A DNA stretch of 64,000 nucleotides from Clostridia bacterium (GTDB lineage Bacteria; Bacillota; Clostridia; JAAYHZ01), in assembly GCA_050950825.1 (NCBI GenBank), contig JBMNIH010000003.1, forward strand, positions 256,001 to 320,000, given 5' to 3'. Made by a program: the position numbers and the translations under genes. Under the pieces are notes generated by a model. That model worked only from the letters and a program-made list of their open reading frames with translations, ran no database searches and had not been told where the DNA came from. Shown one piece after another: positions 38,663-48,052 of this stretch (position 1 is the first letter of the stretch; each line of letters opens with the position of its first letter).

Positions 38663-39712
38663 ATGAGGAAGAACCGGTATTTTTACGTAGGAACCGTCCG
38701 AGATTCCATATGGCTCATGGAGCTTTCGGGAAAAACCGGAGCCATACGTTGTGTTGAGCAATTTTCGGGTCTAAAAAGGCCCACGTACCAAGTGCTGACG
38801 GAAGATAACCGTTATTTATATTCGGTAGACGAGTCATCCGAAGCATCGGGAGGCGTTCGTTCTTTTGAAGTGGGAAAAGACTTGAGCTTAAAGCCTATAA
38901 ACGGACGAGCCGCTAAAGGAGCGGGACCTTGCCACTTAAGCTTAAGCCGTGACGAAAATTATTTGATGGCTGCAGGCTATGTAGACGGCACCGTTTATGT
39001 ATATCCGATTTTAAAAGACGGCTCCATCGGACAAATGAGCGATTTACACTACCACGAAGGAAGAAGTATTCACGAAGACAGGCAAACCCGTCCTCACGCT
39101 CATTGCATACTTCCGCTGAAAGGAACGGATTATGTGTATGCAGCGGATTTAGGCACCGACAAGATCCATATCTACAAGCTTTCGGAAGGGACCTTGGTTG
39201 AAAACGATCCTCCTTACGTGGATATCCATCCGGGAGCAGGTCCGCGACACTTGGTTTTCGATTCCTCGGGAAGCTTTTTATACTTGATTAACGAATTGGA
39301 CAACACCGCCACGGTGTTAAAAGTGAACAGGGAAACAGGCGCTTTATCCGTATTACAGGATGTTTCCGCTCTTCCCGAAGGGTATACGGACACCTCTTAC
39401 TGCTCCGCCATTCGGATGCCGGTTCATCAAGGCTTTGTCTATGCATCCAACCGAGGGCACGACAGCATCGCCGTATTTTCACGAGATTCGGTTTCAGGAC
39501 TTATAAAACCAAAGGGTCATATTCCCGCAAGAGGCAAGTGGCCTCGCGATTTTAATATCACTCCGGAGGGAGACTACCTTATTGTAGCCAACCAAAATTC
39601 CGATTCGCTTATCTCCTATCGCTTGGACGAAAAAACCGGTCTTGCCGAATTCACGGGATACAGCGCCGTCGTAGAAGAACCGGTGTGCGTAACCTTTGTG
39701 AATGCTCGATAA
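38663..39712 (+). CDS. pgl: 6-phosphogluconolactonase-family (beta-propeller) lactonase
   Basis: GPCH, RQTRPHAH, DLGTD, GAGPRH, SNRGHDS, PRDF, ANQNS. Confidence 0.88.
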   Translation: MRKNRYFYVGTVRDSIWLMELSGKTGAIRCVEQFSGLKRPTYQVLTEDNRYLYSVDESSEASGGVRSFEVGKDLSLKPINGRAAKGAGPCHLSLSRDENYLMAAGYVDGTVYVYPILKDGSIGQMSDLHYHEGRSIHEDRQTRPHAHCILPLKGTDYVYAADLGTDKIHIYKLSEGTLVENDPPYVDIHPGAGPRHLVFDSSGSFLYLINELDNTATVLKVNRETGALSVLQDVSALPEGYTDTSYCSAIRMPVHQGFVYASNRGHDSIAVFSRDSVSGLIKPKGHIPARGKWPRDFNITPEGDYLIVANQNSDSLISYRLDEKTGLAEFTGYSAVVEEPVCVTFVNAR

Positions 39713-39725
39713 AAAATTAAAAAAT

Positions 39726-39778
39726 AAAGGAGCGTAAAGCTCCCGGTTCACTACTGCGGGAGGCTTACGCTCCTTTTT
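39726..39778. terminator. Bidirectional terminator
   Basis: AAAGGAGCGTAA..CTCCCG / CGGGAG..TTACGCTCCTTT between convergent genes. Confidence 0.75.
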
Positions 39779-39790
39779 CGTCTTCAAATA

Positions 39791-41431
39791 TTAAACGTGA
39801 ATTTGAATCATGCTTTCGTCCCATTTTTCGTATTTTTCAAATCCTAACAAGTTCACAACGGTAGCCGCCAGATTCGACAGTCCGTATTCTCCCGGAATTA
39901 CCGTATACTTATTATCGTTTCGGTTGTCGTAGAAAATACAGGGCACCTTGTTCAAGGTATGGCTGGTTTTCGCCTTGTAGGATCCGTCCTTGTTCTTTTT
40001 GATTTTTCCGTCCTTATCGGTTTCAAACATTTCATCCGCATTGCCGTGATCCGCCGTAATGATGGCCATGCCGCCCAATTGGTCCACGACCTTTAGAATT
40101 CTTCCGATGGCAAGGTCTACGGCTTCCACGCCGATCCGCGCCGCCTGCATAATTCCGGTGTGGCCTACCATATCGCCGTTCGGGAAGTTGACCCGGGCAA
40201 ATCTGTATTTTCCGGATTTCAATTCATCGATTAAACGGTCGGTAATTAAAGCCGACTGCATCCAAGGCCTTTGCTCGAAAGGTATGATGTCCGAAGGAAT
40301 CTCGATATAGGTTTCGGTTTTTTCATCGAACTTGCCGCTTCGATTCCCGTTCCAGAAATAGGTGACGTGACCGAACTTCTGGGTTTCGGAAATGGCCAGC
40401 TGGGTTATTCCTTCCAAAGCCAAAAATTCGCCCATGGTTTCCTCGATTTGAGGAGGACTGACCAAATATCTTGAGGGTATTTTCAAATCGCCGTCGTATT
40501 GAAGCATTCCTGCATAAACGACCTTAGGATAGCGCACCCGGTCAAACATATGAAAATCCGCTTCTTCAAAAGCTCTGCTGATTTCAATGGCTCGGTCGCC
40601 TCTGAAATTGAAGAATACCACGCTGTCGTTGTCTTGAATGGTTCCGACCGGCTTTCCGTCCTTGACAATGACAAAAGGAGGCAGGTCTTGGTCGATTACA
40701 TTGTATTCTTCGCGGTAGGTTTCGATAGCCGCCTTCGCGCTTTCAAAATATCTGCCTTCCCCTAATACATGGGTTTTCCAACCTTTTTCCACCATGCCCC
40801 AGTTTGCGCCGTAGCGGTCCATGGTAATGTTCATACGTCCGCCGCCGCTGGCTATTACGGCATTGAAGCTTTCGTCATTGACTTCTTTTAAAAATCCTTC
40901 AAAAGGCTCGACATATTCTAAGGCGGAGCGTTCGCCGACATCACGCCCGTCTAACAAAATGTGCACCCTTACTTCCTTAATGCCTTGCTTTTTCGCTTGA
41001 AGGATCATACTTTTCAAATGATCAATGTGAGAGTGAACGTTTCCATCCGAAAACAATCCCATAAAATGCAGGGTGGAATTATATTTCAAGCAGTTTTGGC
41101 TGATTTCCTGCCAACCGGTATCATGATATATTTTACCCGAAGCGATGGCTTCGTTTACCAATTTCGCTCCTTGGCTGTATACGCGACCGGCGCCGATGGC
41201 ATTATGAGCAACCTCCGAGTTTCCCATATCGTCATCGCCGGGTAATCCCACCGCGGTTCCGTGTGCTTTCAGGGCTAAAGTAGGATAATTCTTCATTAAA
41301 TAATCTAAATTCGGCGTATCGGCCAAATACACCGCATTTCCTTCATTGGGTTTTCCCAAGCCGATTCCATCCATGATAATCATAACTATGGGACCTTCAT
41401 GGGGTTTATATCCGTTAATCTTTTTTAACAT
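39791..41431 (-). CDS. gpmI: 2,3-bisphosphoglycerate-independent phosphoglycerate mutase
   Basis: MDG, GNSEVAH, SDGNVHSH, DGRD, NFRGDR, DMVGHTG, TADHGNA. Confidence 0.96.
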   Translation of the reverse strand: MLKKINGYKPHEGPIVMIIMDGIGLGKPNEGNAVYLADTPNLDYLMKNYPTLALKAHGTAVGLPGDDDMGNSEVAHNAIGAGRVYSQGAKLVNEAIASGKIYHDTGWQEISQNCLKYNSTLHFMGLFSDGNVHSHIDHLKSMILQAKKQGIKEVRVHILLDGRDVGERSALEYVEPFEGFLKEVNDESFNAVIASGGGRMNITMDRYGANWGMVEKGWKTHVLGEGRYFESAKAAIETYREEYNVIDQDLPPFVIVKDGKPVGTIQDNDSVVFFNFRGDRAIEISRAFEEADFHMFDRVRYPKVVYAGMLQYDGDLKIPSRYLVSPPQIEETMGEFLALEGITQLAISETQKFGHVTYFWNGNRSGKFDEKTETYIEIPSDIIPFEQRPWMQSALITDRLIDELKSGKYRFARVNFPNGDMVGHTGIMQAARIGVEAVDLAIGRILKVVDQLGGMAIITADHGNADEMFETDKDGKIKKNKDGSYKAKTSHTLNKVPCIFYDNRNDNKYTVIPGEYGLSNLAATVVNLLGFEKYEKWDESMIQIHV

Positions 41432-41816
41432 ACGTTTTCTCCTTCCGATTTTTAAGGGATATATATCGATTCGTATATTCCGTATAACTGAACTGTTTTA
41501 TTATATCATTATGAACCCGTCATGGAAAGATTTTTAAAAGGAATCCGCCGTATATTCGTATATGGAATCGACATGCGTACCGGCCGCGGCATTGTTAATA
41601 AATATTCTATTATATATATATTGCCACATATTGATATATTTTTATTTGGTTGTATTTGGTATTCATCGCATTTTTATATTGATATTCTAGGTTCTTTATG
41701 ATAATATACAGTCAGTTCCTCTTTCTCTATGTTTATACAACATTTATATATAAAAGATTTCCTCGAAGGAAACATCACCCGCAGGTGTTTTAATATATAT
41801 AAGGAGGATTACTGTT

Positions 41817-43682
41817 ATGTCGAAGCGATTCATTCGAATCTGCTGTTTATTAACAGCAGTGGTAATGATGGCAACGTTCATTGGTTGTGCGCAATCGACG
41901 GAACAACAAGAAGTAACGACCACCGGTACCACTACGGCCGTGACAACAACAAAGGCCGTAACGACCACAACGGCCCAAACAACCACAACAGCTCAAACAA
42001 CTACCGCTGCGGTGGAAACAAACCCATTCGCTGAATTTTACGAAGTCAGCTGGATCTCCGGATTCTGCGACACGTACGAGGAAGGCGCCTATGACGAGTT
42101 GATGATTGAAGAAAAATACAACATTGACATCAAAACATGGAACATCAGCTATTACGACGCCGAAGGATTGACCATGATGTTAGCGGCAGGAGAAATACCC
42201 GATTTCAGTTATATCCCCTACGCTCCCATGGATGCGATTCAATTATACGAAGAAGGATTTACTCGAACCGTTCCTTTGGAGTTCTACAAAAAGTACTTCC
42301 CCTACTACTACGAACAGATGGAAAAACATAAACCCTCCAGTTATGTGTATAACAACGTTCCGGGAACCGACGAATACTACGGAATTTCCTTTATCATGAC
42401 CACTTGGAAAAACTACTATAACGGCCCCATATACCGTTTGGATTGGTTGGAGAACATCGGTTACGAAATTCCGGAATCCGAATTGACGCCCATTCCCATG
42501 ACCGACGAAAAATTAGGAAAATACAACGGCAATCTTTTTGTCACCAACTTTATGTTTGAATTTGACGAAATGAACGATATTTTCCGCGCCTTCACGGAGG
42601 ACGACCCGGATGGCAACGGTGAAGACGACACCTACGCCGCCGTTGTATTCAACCATACCTTCCGTGCTGCATGGGTTGATCTGTACTGGGGCATGTTCGG
42701 TGTTAACTCTTCCGAAAACAACTACCTATACTTGGAAGAATCCACCGGAGACGTGGTTCCTTGGTTTGCTTACTCCGGTTACAGGGATTACATGGCATGG
42801 GCAAATGAAATGTATGAAAAAGGCTACATGAGAACCTTGGATCTGTCCGACGGCGCTTACTGGTACGACGTGCTTTTAGCGACATGGCTTACAGGTAAGG
42901 TCGGATTCTTTACCGCCGACAGGCAATACATCGGACGTCCCCATTTTCCGGAATATTCCGACCGTCAGCCTCCCCAAAGCTTATGGTTAAACGGATTTGA
43001 AGACGCCACCTTTGTCTGTATGCCGGTATTGAAAGGGCCCGGAGAAGTATGGGGTAACAGAAGATACGGCCTCGACGCATTTGCCGACGGTAAATGGAGA
43101 ACCTACAACGTATCCAAAGCCGTTTCCGACGGAGAGCTGCAGCGTATACTGACCATGTGGAACGACCGCTACAGCGATCCTTACGACGAATGGAACGTGA
43201 AAGTATGGATCGGTATCGAAGGCGTTCACTTCAAATGGGAAGGCGAACCGTGGAAATCCGCTATGATGACCACCGAAGCCGACAAGGTTCCTCCGCAGTA
43301 TCGAAGAGGCGGATTCTGGGGCGGCAGCTTCTTAGGCGAAACCCTGTACTACGGACACGAAGCCGCATTCTACTACTACACATTTGCGGAAGAGAACGAT
43401 TGGGTGAAAAAGTACTGCATCGAGCCTCATAAGTACATAAACAAGTTGAATATGGGCGCCGAATTATACGAAGAATACGTTAAGGAATACGCCGAATACA
43501 GCGGAAGCATCAACGCAGCCGTTTCCGACTTTGCAAACCGTGTTTGGAGAGGCGAAATTGCGGATCTGAATACCGAATGGCAGCAATACATCGACCAGCT
43601 GTATGCGGCGGGACTTGAAATCATCATCGACAAATACTACAACAACGATGCATTCCCGCAATATCAAAGACCCGAGTTTTAA
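41817..43682 (+). CDS. Extracellular solute-binding lipoprotein (LplA/AlgQ-like), paralog 1
   Basis: Lipobox FIGC, Thr-rich linker, LAAGEIPD, YRLDWLENIG, DPDGNGEDDT. Confidence 0.8.
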   Translation: MSKRFIRICCLLTAVVMMATFIGCAQSTEQQEVTTTGTTTAVTTTKAVTTTTAQTTTTAQTTTAAVETNPFAEFYEVSWISGFCDTYEEGAYDELMIEEKYNIDIKTWNISYYDAEGLTMMLAAGEIPDFSYIPYAPMDAIQLYEEGFTRTVPLEFYKKYFPYYYEQMEKHKPSSYVYNNVPGTDEYYGISFIMTTWKNYYNGPIYRLDWLENIGYEIPESELTPIPMTDEKLGKYNGNLFVTNFMFEFDEMNDIFRAFTEDDPDGNGEDDTYAAVVFNHTFRAAWVDLYWGMFGVNSSENNYLYLEESTGDVVPWFAYSGYRDYMAWANEMYEKGYMRTLDLSDGAYWYDVLLATWLTGKVGFFTADRQYIGRPHFPEYSDRQPPQSLWLNGFEDATFVCMPVLKGPGEVWGNRRYGLDAFADGKWRTYNVSKAVSDGELQRILTMWNDRYSDPYDEWNVKVWIGIEGVHFKWEGEPWKSAMMTTEADKVPPQYRRGGFWGGSFLGETLYYGHEAAFYYYTFAEENDWVKKYCIEPHKYINKLNMGAELYEEYVKEYAEYSGSINAAVSDFANRVWRGEIADLNTEWQQYIDQLYAAGLEIIIDKYYNNDAFPQYQRPEF

Positions 43683-43718
43683 GGAAATGTATCCTATATG
43701 AAAACGGTTATAAAGACG

Positions 43719-43748
43719 AAAAGGAGGGGCAATACGCCCCTTCTTTTT
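43719..43748 (+). terminator. Intrinsic terminator
   Basis: GGAGGGGC / GCCCCTTC stem plus T run. Confidence 0.75.
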
Positions 43749-43769
43749 ATGCCTTATATTTACATAATA

Positions 43770-43798
43770 TTGACCTTTTAAAATATTTGTGCTATTAT
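43770..43798 (+). promoter_or_regulatory. Sigma-A promoter of paralog 2
   Basis: TTGACC-17 bp-TATTAT with extended TG. Confidence 0.6.
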
Positions 43799-43935
43799 AT
43801 ATACGGTTTTAAAATACAATATTCATTTAATTCGTCCTTTGGAAACACCGATTAAATCAGGTGTTTCAATATATATCAATATATATATATTCAAAGTATT
43901 GTGTAAATATATTGGATATATAAGGAGGGATTTAT

Positions 43936-45807
43936 ATGATGTCCAAGCGTTTCATACGTATCTGCTGTATACTTATAGCAGCAGCAATGATATCTACACT
44001 TATCGGTTGTTCTCAATCGACGGAACAACAAGATGAGACGACAACCGGTACTACTGCGGCTGCGACGACAACAAAGGCCGTCACGACCACCACTACCCAA
44101 ACAACCACAGCCAAAGCCGAAACAACGACCGCTCCGGTAGAAGAAAACCCCTTTGCGGAGTTTTATGAAGTGACATGGATCAGCGGCTTTGGTGCAGATT
44201 ACGAAGAAGGCGCTTATGATGAGCTGATGATCGAAGAAAAATACAACATCGACTTAAAAGTCTGGAACATCAGTTATTATGACGCCGAGGGATTGACCAT
44301 GATGTTAGCGGCAGGCGATATTCCCGATATCAGCTATATCCCTTACGCTCCCATGGATGCAATCCAATTGTACGAGGAAGGATTTACCCGGACCATTCCG
44401 CTGGAGTTCTACAAAAAATACTTCCCTTATTACTACGAGCAAATGGAAAAACATGCTCCTACCAGCTTTATGTACAACAATGTTCCGGGAACCGAAGAAT
44501 ACTACGGAATTTCCTTTATCCAAACCACTTGGAAGAACTATTATAACGGTCCCATTTTCCGTTTGGATTGGTTGGAAAACATCGGTTATGAAATTCCGGA
44601 ATCCGAACTGACGCCCATTCCCTTGACCGATGAAAAATTAGGCAAATACAACGGGAAATTATTCGTCACCGACTATATGTTTGAGTTCGACGAAATGAAC
44701 GATATTTTCCGCGCCTTCACGGAAGACGACCCGGATGGCAACGGTGAAGACGACACCTACGCCGCCGTATTGTTCGATCATACCTTCCGCTCCGCTTGGG
44801 TAGACCTCTACTGGGGTATGTTCGGTGTCAACTCTTCCGAAAACAACTATCTATACCTGGAAGAATCCACAGGGGACGTAGTTCCTTGGTTCGCTTACTC
44901 CGGATACAGGGATTATTTGGCATGGGCCAATGAAATGCATGAAAAAGGCTACATGAGAACCTTGGATCTGTCCGACGGCGCTTACTGGTACGATGTACTT
45001 TTAGCGACATGGCTTACGGGTAAGGTGGGATTCTTTACCGCCGACAGACAATACATCGGTCGTCCCCATTTCCCGGAATACTCCGACCGTCAGCCGCCCC
45101 AAAGCTTATGGCTAAACGGGCTTGAAGACGCCACCTTTGTTTGCATGCCGGTACTGAAAGGACCCGGAGAAGTTTGGGGCAACAGAAGATACGGGTTGGA
45201 AGCATTTGCCGACGGAAAATGGAGAACCTTCAATGTGTCCAAAGCCGTTTCCGACGGAGAACTGCAGCGTATTCTGACCATGTGGAATGACCGTTACAGC
45301 AATCCTTTGGACGACTGGAACGTGAAGGTGTATATCGGAATCGAAGGTGTTCACTTCAAATGGGAAGGCGAACCTTGGAAATCCGCAATGATCACCACGG
45401 AAGCCGACAAGGTTCCTCCGCAGTACCGAAGAGCGGGCTTCTTCGGCGGAAGCTTCTTGGCCGAATCCTTATATTATTCCCATGAAGCGGCTTACTATTA
45501 TTACACCTTTGCGGAAGAACACGATTGGGTGAAAAAGTACTGCCTCGAACCCTATAAATACATAAGCAAAATGCAAATGGGTGCCGATTTGTACGATCAA
45601 TATATTGAAGAATACAATGAATACAGCGGAAGCATCAACGCTGCCGTCAGCGATTTTGCGAATCGCGCATGGAGAGGCGAAATTGCCGATCTGAATACCG
45701 AATGGCAGCAGTACATCAACCAGTTGTATGCGGCAGGCCTGGAGGTCATTATCGACAAGTATTACAACAACGACGCATTCCCGGTTTACAAAAGACCCGA
45801 ATTTTAA
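43936..45807 (+). CDS. Extracellular solute-binding lipoprotein, paralog 2
   Basis: Lipobox LIGC; same motifs as paralog 1 and highly similar to it. Confidence 0.8.
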   Translation: MMSKRFIRICCILIAAAMISTLIGCSQSTEQQDETTTGTTAAATTTKAVTTTTTQTTTAKAETTTAPVEENPFAEFYEVTWISGFGADYEEGAYDELMIEEKYNIDLKVWNISYYDAEGLTMMLAAGDIPDISYIPYAPMDAIQLYEEGFTRTIPLEFYKKYFPYYYEQMEKHAPTSFMYNNVPGTEEYYGISFIQTTWKNYYNGPIFRLDWLENIGYEIPESELTPIPLTDEKLGKYNGKLFVTDYMFEFDEMNDIFRAFTEDDPDGNGEDDTYAAVLFDHTFRSAWVDLYWGMFGVNSSENNYLYLEESTGDVVPWFAYSGYRDYLAWANEMHEKGYMRTLDLSDGAYWYDVLLATWLTGKVGFFTADRQYIGRPHFPEYSDRQPPQSLWLNGLEDATFVCMPVLKGPGEVWGNRRYGLEAFADGKWRTFNVSKAVSDGELQRILTMWNDRYSNPLDDWNVKVYIGIEGVHFKWEGEPWKSAMITTEADKVPPQYRRAGFFGGSFLAESLYYSHEAAYYYYTFAEEHDWVKKYCLEPYKYISKMQMGADLYDQYIEEYNEYSGSINAAVSDFANRAWRGEIADLNTEWQQYINQLYAAGLEVIIDKYYNNDAFPVYKRPEF

Positions 45808-45819
45808 AATGACACTTTC

Positions 45820-45848
45820 GAGGGAGGAGCCAAGGCTCCTCCCTTTTT
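45820..45848 (+). terminator. Intrinsic terminator
   Basis: AGGGAGGAGCC / GGCTCCTCCCT plus T run. Confidence 0.75.
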
Positions 45849-45878
45849 ATTACTTATTACCTATTACTTATTACTTAT
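45847..45878 (+). repeat. Short tandem repeat (TTATTAC) x4.5
   Basis: ttattac ttattac ctattac ttattac ttat. Confidence 0.7.
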
Positions 45879-46013
45879 ATAGATATTTTTCTTATTAGCG
45901 TAAAGTAAGTTTCGGATAATAATCAATGGAGGAATATAACAAATAGAAAGAGGACCCCGATTGTGATATGATTAAATTTCCAAAACAAAAAATCACAAAG
46001 GAAGGTGTCCTCT

Positions 46014-47498
46014 ATGTATAAAAGTATACTACATTTTATTGAAAATGGGTTAGTCGAAATTGAAAAAATGATGGGTGATATTCTGGCAGGTAAAAAAGAT
46101 GCCGATGATTTGACTGCACTCGTTAATAAAGTTACGTCAACGTTAGCGGTCAGCCTTATAGCGGATTTGTACGAGAAAGCTGATAACGATATACGAGAAA
46201 GCAGCGTGAGAAAAAAGTATTGGAATGTCGAGCACAGGAACAAAAAGAAAACCATCGTAGATGTCATGGGTAAGGTTGAATTCTGCCGAACCGGATATTG
46301 TGCGAAAGGAACGGGTGAGTATGTATATCTTTTGGATCAGGTGCTCGGATTTGAACCGCACCAGAAGGTAACGCTAGGCGCAGCTGCGAGAGCCTTGGAA
46401 GAAAGTATAGACAGCAGTTACCGCAAAGGCGGAGAGAATGCAAGCATAAAAGCGGAAGAAGGCATTAGCAAACAAGCCGTGATGGATCTGGTACATGAGA
46501 TTGAGGCGGACATGCCGATGCCGGAACCGGAAGGAAAGAAGAAGATAAAAAGGCTTCATGTCATAGCCGATGAAGATCATGTGGCGGCACAGTTTTGGAA
46601 TGAAAAGGGCGATTTGAAGCGAGATGCGAGGGGCCATAAGATTAATACCCTGATGCCTAAGCTTGTTTGTGTATTCGAGGATATTATCAATGAATCGGGG
46701 GAAGCATCCAAGAATCCCAGATATAAGCTGATCGGAAAAAAATACTTTTGCGGTATTTACGAGGGTGGCAAAGGCAACGAAAAGCTTTGGATGGAGGTTG
46801 CCGAATACATAGAAAAAACATACGATACGGACTATCTTGAGAGAATATACGTAGTCGGAGACGGAGCTTCGTGGATAAAAAAAGGATGCGAATATTTGGA
46901 GAACAGCAAATATGTCCTTGATAAATACCATATGATGAAATATATAAACAGGTCAGTGGCGCATCTTTACGATAGCGCGGACGAGGTGAAAGACTGGATT
47001 TGGGGAGCCTTGAATCGTTTGGACAAAAAGGAATTGAAGAATATCTATGAGCAGATCCTGAAGGTTACGGAAAGTGAAAACAAGAAGCAAGAAGTGGAAG
47101 ATGCGTTAAGATATTTTCTAAATCATTGGCAAGGGATAAAAACCCGAGTGGAAGAAACAAGCGGCTGGACATATTGCATAGAAGGGCAAATAAGCCATGT
47201 ATTGTCGGCAAGAATGAGCAGCAGACCAATGGGATGGAGCGAATTGGGTTGCGACCGCATGGCAAGGCTCAGAGCGTACAAAAGAAACGGCGGTAAGATT
47301 CTTGACTTGCTAAAATATCAAAAACAACGAAAAAAGCAAAAGGAAAGGCGTGAAGCACAAGAAGAATTGATAAGAGATCTGAGAAGAAGACATTCAAAAT
47401 GGACGTATGCGGAAGATACCAGACGTCACATACATGGTTTGGAAAGGAGCAGTATGAAGTGGCTAAAGAATATGACCACACTGGCTTGGGACGCATAA
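46014..47498 (+). CDS. ISLre2-family (UPF0236) transposase
   Basis: Identical to copy 1 except one V/A substitution. Confidence 0.92.
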   Translation: MYKSILHFIENGLVEIEKMMGDILAGKKDADDLTALVNKVTSTLAVSLIADLYEKADNDIRESSVRKKYWNVEHRNKKKTIVDVMGKVEFCRTGYCAKGTGEYVYLLDQVLGFEPHQKVTLGAAARALEESIDSSYRKGGENASIKAEEGISKQAVMDLVHEIEADMPMPEPEGKKKIKRLHVIADEDHVAAQFWNEKGDLKRDARGHKINTLMPKLVCVFEDIINESGEASKNPRYKLIGKKYFCGIYEGGKGNEKLWMEVAEYIEKTYDTDYLERIYVVGDGASWIKKGCEYLENSKYVLDKYHMMKYINRSVAHLYDSADEVKDWIWGALNRLDKKELKNIYEQILKVTESENKKQEVEDALRYFLNHWQGIKTRVEETSGWTYCIEGQISHVLSARMSSRPMGWSELGCDRMARLRAYKRNGGKILDLLKYQKQRKKQKERREAQEELIRDLRRRHSKWTYAEDTRRHIHGLERSSMKWLKNMTTLAWDA

Positions 47499-47541
47499 GC
47501 AGCTTGAACCGCTATGACTTTGTAACCGTGTGACGGTAGGC

Positions 47542-47705
47542 TTTATGCCGCGAAAGTCGCTTTACGATGAGTAGACGGCATGTTAGGCTTGTCTGCCTGG
47601 CATCAAACACACAAAGCCGTATCCGGCTTCACCCTGTAGGAAGATGCCGCAGAGGCCACTAAACATGCCGGCAGAGGCTCGTCGTAAAGCGAACCGTGGA
47701 ATAAA
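47542..47705 (+). ncRNA. Putative structured RNA, ISLre2 copy 2
   Basis: Identical to 32849-33012. Confidence 0.7.
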
Positions 47706-47905
47706 TGAGTACTTTACTTGTGCATTTGCTATTGTCTTCATGAATTCTTAAATAGGTGATGTGTAATAATCAATTAAAAAAACAAATGTGGAAAAATTGA
47801 TGGAAATGATATATGATACAGACAAGATTTAATCTTATCATAAGGGTGAACTCTCTCTTTTTATTTCCGAATGTATATTGACGCTATCATTTTTCTTTTC
47901 CAAAG

Positions 47906-47934
47906 TTGACCAATCACAGGGTTTATGATATAAT
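47906..47934 (+). promoter_or_regulatory. Sigma-A promoter of paralog 3
   Basis: TTGACC-17 bp-TATAAT with extended TG. Confidence 0.7.
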
Positions 47935-48052
47935 ACATATAGTTCCATTTTCTTATGTTTCAGCTAGAGAGCTTTTATATATAGAGAGATACATCCATGG
48001 GAAACATCACCACAGGTGTTTCAAATATATATATTAAGGAGGAGTAACAATC

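Larger units (their letters stand above)
45894..47888 (+). mobile_element. ISLre2-family insertion sequence, copy 2 (1995 bp)
   Basis: Same IRs as copy 1; 9-bp target duplication ATTTTTCTT at 45885-45893 and 47889-47897. Confidence 0.92.

Noticed and set aside
31202-47888. Composite transposon formed by the two directly oriented ISLre2 copies
   Set aside because: Each copy has its own distinct 9-bp duplication, and the intervening DNA includes housekeeping gpmI.
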